This document shows, piece by piece, positions 59,746 through 64,000 of a DNA stretch of 64,000 bases (within the stretch, counting starts at the first letter, position 1; each line of letters begins with the position of its first letter). The DNA lies in contig CAVYRH010000019.1 in assembly GCA_963770835.1 (NCBI GenBank), positions 128,001 through 192,000 on the forward strand, given 5' to 3'. Position numbers and translations under genes: made by a program. The notes below the pieces were generated by a model. That model saw only the letters and a list, made by a program, of their open reading frames with translations. It did not search any database and was not told the origin of the DNA. This stretch comes from an uncultured Pseudomonadota bacterium (GTDB lineage Bacteria; Oederibacteriota; Muellerivitia; Muellerivitales; Muellerivitaceae).

Positions 59746-60570
59746 TTAACCCTGCGCCCTTCGGTAAAGCCTTTGGTCCTCGGGACGGTAATACTCATCA
59801 AGGCTTGCTGGTATGCGGGTGTACCAACCCAATAACTGTTGGGTTCGAGGCTTTTGGGCCAAAAGCACTTCGTCTCCCAGCGCCCGGACATAGTCGATCT
59901 GTTGCTTCATGTAAGAACGGATGAATTCATGATTGATGCCGAGGCGGTTTTCCCCCGAATGGTTTTCCCCGGCCGCGTGATAAAGGGTGGAGTCGAACAA
60001 GAACATCGAACCGGCCTCGCACTCCACCGAAACCGCGTGGGATTTCAGGTATTCGTCGCTGGGGCGTTCCGGCTTTTGATGCGTACCCGGCACCAATAAG
60101 GTGCCGCCGTTTCCCTTGGTGAAACGGCTAACGGCAAAAAAAATATTGAAAGCTGCGAGATAACCGTTTAAATATCTGGGAAAATCCATATGAAAAAGGT
60201 TTTGAAAAACGGGTGGCGCCTGCCCTTTGGGGAAGGAAGGGAGGATGGAACCCTGTTGCACCTGCAATATGGCGGTGGGCGAAAGGGCGGCATCCACCAA
60301 TTCCAGGACTTCCGGAATTTCCAGGTATTTCAGGAAAAAATGGTCAAATTTGGGCATGATCCTTAAAACACCCAGCTCCCCAGCCTGGTCTAAGCGGTCT
60401 TTTCCCAATACTCCCCATATTTTTTTTTGAACGCCATACATCTTCTCTTCGGTGACGCTCAGGAAATCAGGGTCAAGCACGCCTTCAATAACGGCGCATC
60501 CATCCTTTTGAAGGGCCAGAAGGGATTTGGAAAGCCAGTCCGTGTCTTTTTTAGCGTGAACGGTAAACAT
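59746..60570 (-). CDS. Phytanoyl-CoA dioxygenase family Fe(II)/2OG enzyme
   Basis: H.D (FHMDF), NGGT..VPGTH, GS..FDS..YHAAG.N. Confidence 0.88.
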   Translation of the reverse strand: MFTVHAKKDTDWLSKSLLALQKDGCAVIEGVLDPDFLSVTEEKMYGVQKKIWGVLGKDRLDQAGELGVLRIMPKFDHFFLKYLEIPEVLELVDAALSPTAILQVQQGSILPSFPKGQAPPVFQNLFHMDFPRYLNGYLAAFNIFFAVSRFTKGNGGTLLVPGTHQKPERPSDEYLKSHAVSVECEAGSMFLFDSTLYHAAGENHSGENRLGINHEFIRSYMKQQIDYVRALGDEVLLAQKPRTQQLLGWYTRIPASLDEYYRPEDQRLYRRAQG

Positions 60571-60584
60571 TCTTCGCCAGCCTT

Positions 60585-61490
60585 TTAAGATTTTTCCATC
60601 ACGGCCAAGCCAAAACCTGTTTTCCCATAGTCATTGCCATTGTAAAGCATGTATCTTTCGCCGTTAACATCAAATAAATAGGCGTATTCGATCATTTCCG
60701 AGTCCCATCCCGATTCGGACACGCTGATGCCGACCTTTTCATCCAGTCGTTCCCAATGGAGGCCGTCGTTGGATTCGGCATAGCCCAGGCGGTAATTTTC
60801 TCCACGGTAGGAGTACCACATTTTATAGAGGCCTTTTTCTTCGAGGACGAAAGGCTTAGACAAGGCATATTCCCCATCGGGTTTCAAAGAAACCGCCACA
60901 TGCCCTTTTCGATCCCAATGGATCCCATCGGGGGATTCGGCGTATTTAATGACATGGGCCATGTCCCGGGACACCGGGCCCCAACTCAAATTGGAACCGT
61001 ACCACATCCGCCAGAGGCCGTTTTCGACGAGCACGCAAGGGTAGGAAATGGAATAGGGGTCAACGTCGCTCCGGTCCAGCAAAGGGGCCTTGGAATATTT
61101 GACGAAAGAGCCTTCCGGGGAATCCGCCACCGCCAATCCGATGCTGTTGCGCCATGGGACGGTGACCCCTAGGTTCCACCCCAAGTAGTAAAGGAACTTC
61201 CTGCCGTTGACCGAGGCCAGCCACCCCATGACCACACCGCTGTCGTCGTAGAGCCCGGCTTTCCCCGGTGACAGGATCGGCTGGTCGGAAATTCGAAGTA
61301 TCTTGAAGGGGTCGCGCATGTCCATTTCCAGCCAGCTGATGCTGGAACGGTTTTGGGGGTCGCGGCTGGTGAAATAGACCCTGAAAGCCGAACCTCCGAG
61401 GGGTTCGGCCACAGGATTGGCAGCATGGGTTTTCATCCACTCAAAGTTGTTTTCAGGGCAAAAAACAACGCCTAATTTTTTCCATTTCAT
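60585..61490 (-). CDS. Five-bladed beta-propeller glycosidase-like protein (GH32/GH130 clan)
   Basis: WKKLG, GLYDDSG, repeated MWY..YAES.DG.HW, YNGN.YG.TGFG. Confidence 0.75.
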   Translation of the reverse strand: MKWKKLGVVFCPENNFEWMKTHAANPVAEPLGGSAFRVYFTSRDPQNRSSISWLEMDMRDPFKILRISDQPILSPGKAGLYDDSGVVMGWLASVNGRKFLYYLGWNLGVTVPWRNSIGLAVADSPEGSFVKYSKAPLLDRSDVDPYSISYPCVLVENGLWRMWYGSNLSWGPVSRDMAHVIKYAESPDGIHWDRKGHVAVSLKPDGEYALSKPFVLEEKGLYKMWYSYRGENYRLGYAESNDGLHWERLDEKVGISVSESGWDSEMIEYAYLFDVNGERYMLYNGNDYGKTGFGLAVMEKS

Positions 61491-61498
61491 AGGGTCCC

Positions 61499-62173
61499 TT
61501 AAAGTTTTTTCAGGCGGTTGCTGGGAACCTTGGAAAGCTCGGCCGGGTTACCGATATAAACACCGAACTCCTGGGTGTCGTGCAAGATCAGAGTGGCGGC
61601 CCCGATCACGCAGTGCTTGGCGATGGTGATATGGTCTCGGAGGGTGGCATTGACGCCGATAAAGCAATTTTCCCCGATCTTGACCCCCCCGGAAACGACC
61701 ACGTGGGAAGTGATGAAACAATTGTCGCCGATCTGGGAATGGTGGCCGATATGATTGCCGCTCCAAAGGGTAACATGATGTCCGATCTTGGCGAAAGGCT
61801 GGATAGTGTTGTCTTCCAGGATAAAGCAATTTTCCCCATGCTGAAGGCCGGGCCAAACCGTGGCCTTGGAACTGACATAACTCGGTAGGTGATAACCTGC
61901 TTTCTTGGCTTCCTCGCATTTTTGGGCCCTGACCGAGTTCATTTTGGCGTAGCTGATGGCCACAAACATATCGTACTGATCCGGTGGGAACCTTGAAACG
62001 ACTTCCTCAAAGGCCACGACCGGTAGCCCGCAAAATTCTAATTCCTTCATGTATTCCCGGTCGACCGTAAAAGCGGCCACCTCTCGGGGGCTGTCGTGGG
62101 TGAAATAAAAATGGGCCACTGAAGCGATATCTCCGGTGCCGAATAGGACGATGGGTTTCTCCGGGCCCTTCAT
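61499..62173 (-). CDS. Hexapeptide-repeat sugar acetyltransferase (NeuD/PglD-like)
   Basis: Rossmann-like N-terminus; GENCFI, HIGHH, GNPA. Confidence 0.9.
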   Translation of the reverse strand: MKGPEKPIVLFGTGDIASVAHFYFTHDSPREVAAFTVDREYMKELEFCGLPVVAFEEVVSRFPPDQYDMFVAISYAKMNSVRAQKCEEAKKAGYHLPSYVSSKATVWPGLQHGENCFILEDNTIQPFAKIGHHVTLWSGNHIGHHSQIGDNCFITSHVVVSGGVKIGENCFIGVNATLRDHITIAKHCVIGAATLILHDTQEFGVYIGNPAELSKVPSNRLKKL

Positions 62174-62802
62174 AATTGCCTCCTCACCAAAATCGTAAAT
62201 TCATACAACCCATAATCATGGAGCAGCGCCACATTCCTCGAAAAATATTTCTTGCAATGGTCAAAAAGGAAAAGGGGGTCCGCGTAATAGAGGTCGGGCC
62301 GCATCTTTTCCCTGTCCGAATATTTCGTCAGGCAATTGAACGAAAAACCCATCCGGCTGCACCGGTTCATAATTTGCAGCATCCTCAAAATATAGCTCTT
62401 CCAATCCTTGTCGGGAGTTTTCAATTTAACGTTGAAAACTCCGCTGGCGACGACGTAGTCGGTCTTTTCAAGGGTGGGCATGCCGGTTTTAAAGCGTGCT
62501 TGAGCTTGACCCCGGCACCCTTCCCGCGCATTTCGAATCATTTCCATGGACAAGTCAAAACCGACATAACGGAAGTTTGTTTTCTTCTTCCCTTTTAAAT
62601 AATGAAACAAGGCCCCGTAACCGCACCCCAAATCCATCAAGGTAAACGCCGATCGGAGATTACAAACCTTAAGTACTTGCTCGAACCTCAAGTACTGGGA
62701 GGCTTGGGTCCTCCAATCCACCCCCAATGAAGTGGTTCCATGTTGAATCACCTTTTTTGTGTAGTATTCCCTGACCGGTGCCGTGATTTTTTGGAGATTC
62801 AA
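62170..62802 (-). CDS. Class I SAM-dependent methyltransferase
   Basis: GVDW, DLGCGYG, ASGVFN, HDYGLYEF. Confidence 0.88.
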   Translation of the reverse strand: MNLQKITAPVREYYTKKVIQHGTTSLGVDWRTQASQYLRFEQVLKVCNLRSAFTLMDLGCGYGALFHYLKGKKKTNFRYVGFDLSMEMIRNAREGCRGQAQARFKTGMPTLEKTDYVVASGVFNVKLKTPDKDWKSYILRMLQIMNRCSRMGFSFNCLTKYSDREKMRPDLYYADPLFLFDHCKKYFSRNVALLHDYGLYEFTILVRRQL

Positions 62803-62821
62803 TCTCGCTCCAGTGCATTTT

Positions 62822-63523
62822 TTAGGGATGGAAGCTTTTCATGAATTTTACCGCATCCGGGCCCTCGTTAAAAATTAAATCGAGGATGGAAACTCCGTTT
62901 TCGAAAGGGCCGCACAGTTGGGTATAGGACAGGTAGCCTGAATAATCCATGTATTGAAGTTGAACGCCGGCTTCTTGGAAAAACTTTTCCTCAATGTAAT
63001 CCTTGGCGGAGGGTCCAGAGAGGTAGTAATTAGCGCCCGCCGATTTACAAAGCGCCACCAGTCTTTCAGTTTTGCCTTCCGCCAAAGTGTAATCCATGGA
63101 CCAGGAAATCTTGGTTCCGATCCCCAGCAAGCCGCAGACAACCTTGAGGAACTTGTAATTAATGGCACTCAAGAGTTCCTCTTGTTCACACTCCTCATAT
63201 GTTTTCTCAAAAAGCTCCCGGAAAGACTCGAAGTAGCGGGCCCCGGCGTAGTTATGGGCTATGGTTTTCCAGTGTTCCCGGGGCCAGGAATGGTTTGAAA
63301 CCTTTGTATCTTTGATTTTTTGAGAAAACTTACCCTTGACCTCCACGGGGACTGTCAGCCACTTCAAGCCATCCTTGGTTTTGATAAGGTTCCGGTTTCG
63401 CCAATCCCTCTTGGTGTACTGCATGTCGTCGTAGAGGATGAACTCATCGACCATGTGAATCATGTCGAAGAACCCTTTCCATGGAATATAACAGGATTGG
63501 ATGATAGCGACTTTCTTCCCCAA
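62822..63523 (-). CDS. WbqC family protein
   Basis: Q..YIPWKGFFD, DWRNRN.I, YLSGPSA, SILDLIFNEG. Confidence 0.92.
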   Translation of the reverse strand: MGKKVAIIQSCYIPWKGFFDMIHMVDEFILYDDMQYTKRDWRNRNLIKTKDGLKWLTVPVEVKGKFSQKIKDTKVSNHSWPREHWKTIAHNYAGARYFESFRELFEKTYEECEQEELLSAINYKFLKVVCGLLGIGTKISWSMDYTLAEGKTERLVALCKSAGANYYLSGPSAKDYIEEKFFQEAGVQLQYMDYSGYLSYTQLCGPFENGVSILDLIFNEGPDAVKFMKSFHP

Positions 63524-63546
63524 GCTCCTGCCTCTTTCCCGGCTGT

Positions 63547-64000
63547 TTAGTCTTTTTTTGCGGCTACGTAATATTGGGCGCCAAAGGGGAGCCACCCCAG
63601 ATACCGATCCAAGGACCGGAAGAAAGGGGCCTGGAAAGGCGTGAACAAGATATAGTTGCTTTCAACGATATGAGCGTTTTCCACCAAAAGCCTTTGAACC
63701 TTGCCCATTCCCAAGAGGATGGCATCGTTATCCATTTCGCAGCGGGAAACGGCAATTTGCGTAAGGGGGTTCAAGGGATTGTGCTCAAAGATCACTATCA
63801 ACCCGTCCTTTTTTGTGACACGCGCTGCTTCCGAGGCGAAGCGGCTCAGTCCCTCGGGCGCCACGTGGTGCATGACGCAAACAGCGAAGGTGACGTCTAT
63901 CGAACCAGAGGGATAAGGAAGGGTTTTACCCGCGTAGTGGCGGTAGGAGCCCTTGGGATTCAAGCTTTTGGCCTTGCGGACCACGCCCGGGCTCAAATCG
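63547..64000 (-). CDS. SAM-dependent methyltransferase, 5' end outside the window
   Basis: CVMHH, FEHNPLNPLT, GAQY. Confidence 0.8.
   Translation of the reverse strand, partial: DLSPGVVRKAKSLNPKGSYRHYAGKTLPYPSGSIDVTFAVCVMHHVAPEGLSRFASEAARVTKKDGLIVIFEHNPLNPLTQIAVSRCEMDNDAILLGMGKVQRLLVENAHIVESNYILFTPFQAPFFRSLDRYLGWLPFGAQYYVAAKKD

Overview
Chromosomal window of a moderately GC-rich diderm (LPS-producing) bacterium; I cannot assign the lineage from sequence alone. Minus strand, reading down from about 29.8 kb: an LPS-core/Kdo/ADP-heptose block (msbA-like, gmhB, two RfaE2-like nucleotidyltransferases, GT9, gmhA, rfaE1, kdsB, pyrG, kdsA), then rnhA, RNase P RNA, and murA-hisDCBHAF...hisI-trpE. The middle holds a GH27 alpha-galactosidase, an xylFGH-type ABC operon interrupted by three unrelated genes, two tandem PilT-family ATPases, metK-ahcY, a second carbohydrate ABC system and a GH3 beta-glucosidase. 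The right end is a glycosyltransferase and amino-sugar (rffA/WbqC/ArnC-like) cluster. Frameshifts in trpE and across 39.7-47.2 kb look like assembly indel errors. Best leads: (1) four families of intergenic palindromic or tandem-repeat elements, one still flanking a DUF559 nuclease inserted inside the xyl operon with translational coupling preserved; (2) a candidate structured leader before metK-ahcY that matches no SAM/SAH riboswitch consensus I can recognise; (3) a 19-aa Trp leader peptide coupled to hisI ahead of trpE; (4) a tandem pair of unknown ~90-aa paralogs behind hisF; (5) tandem GT-A-like paralogs followed by a 50-aa zinc-ribbon microprotein missed by the ORF track. No CRISPR array, rRNA or intact tRNA was seen.
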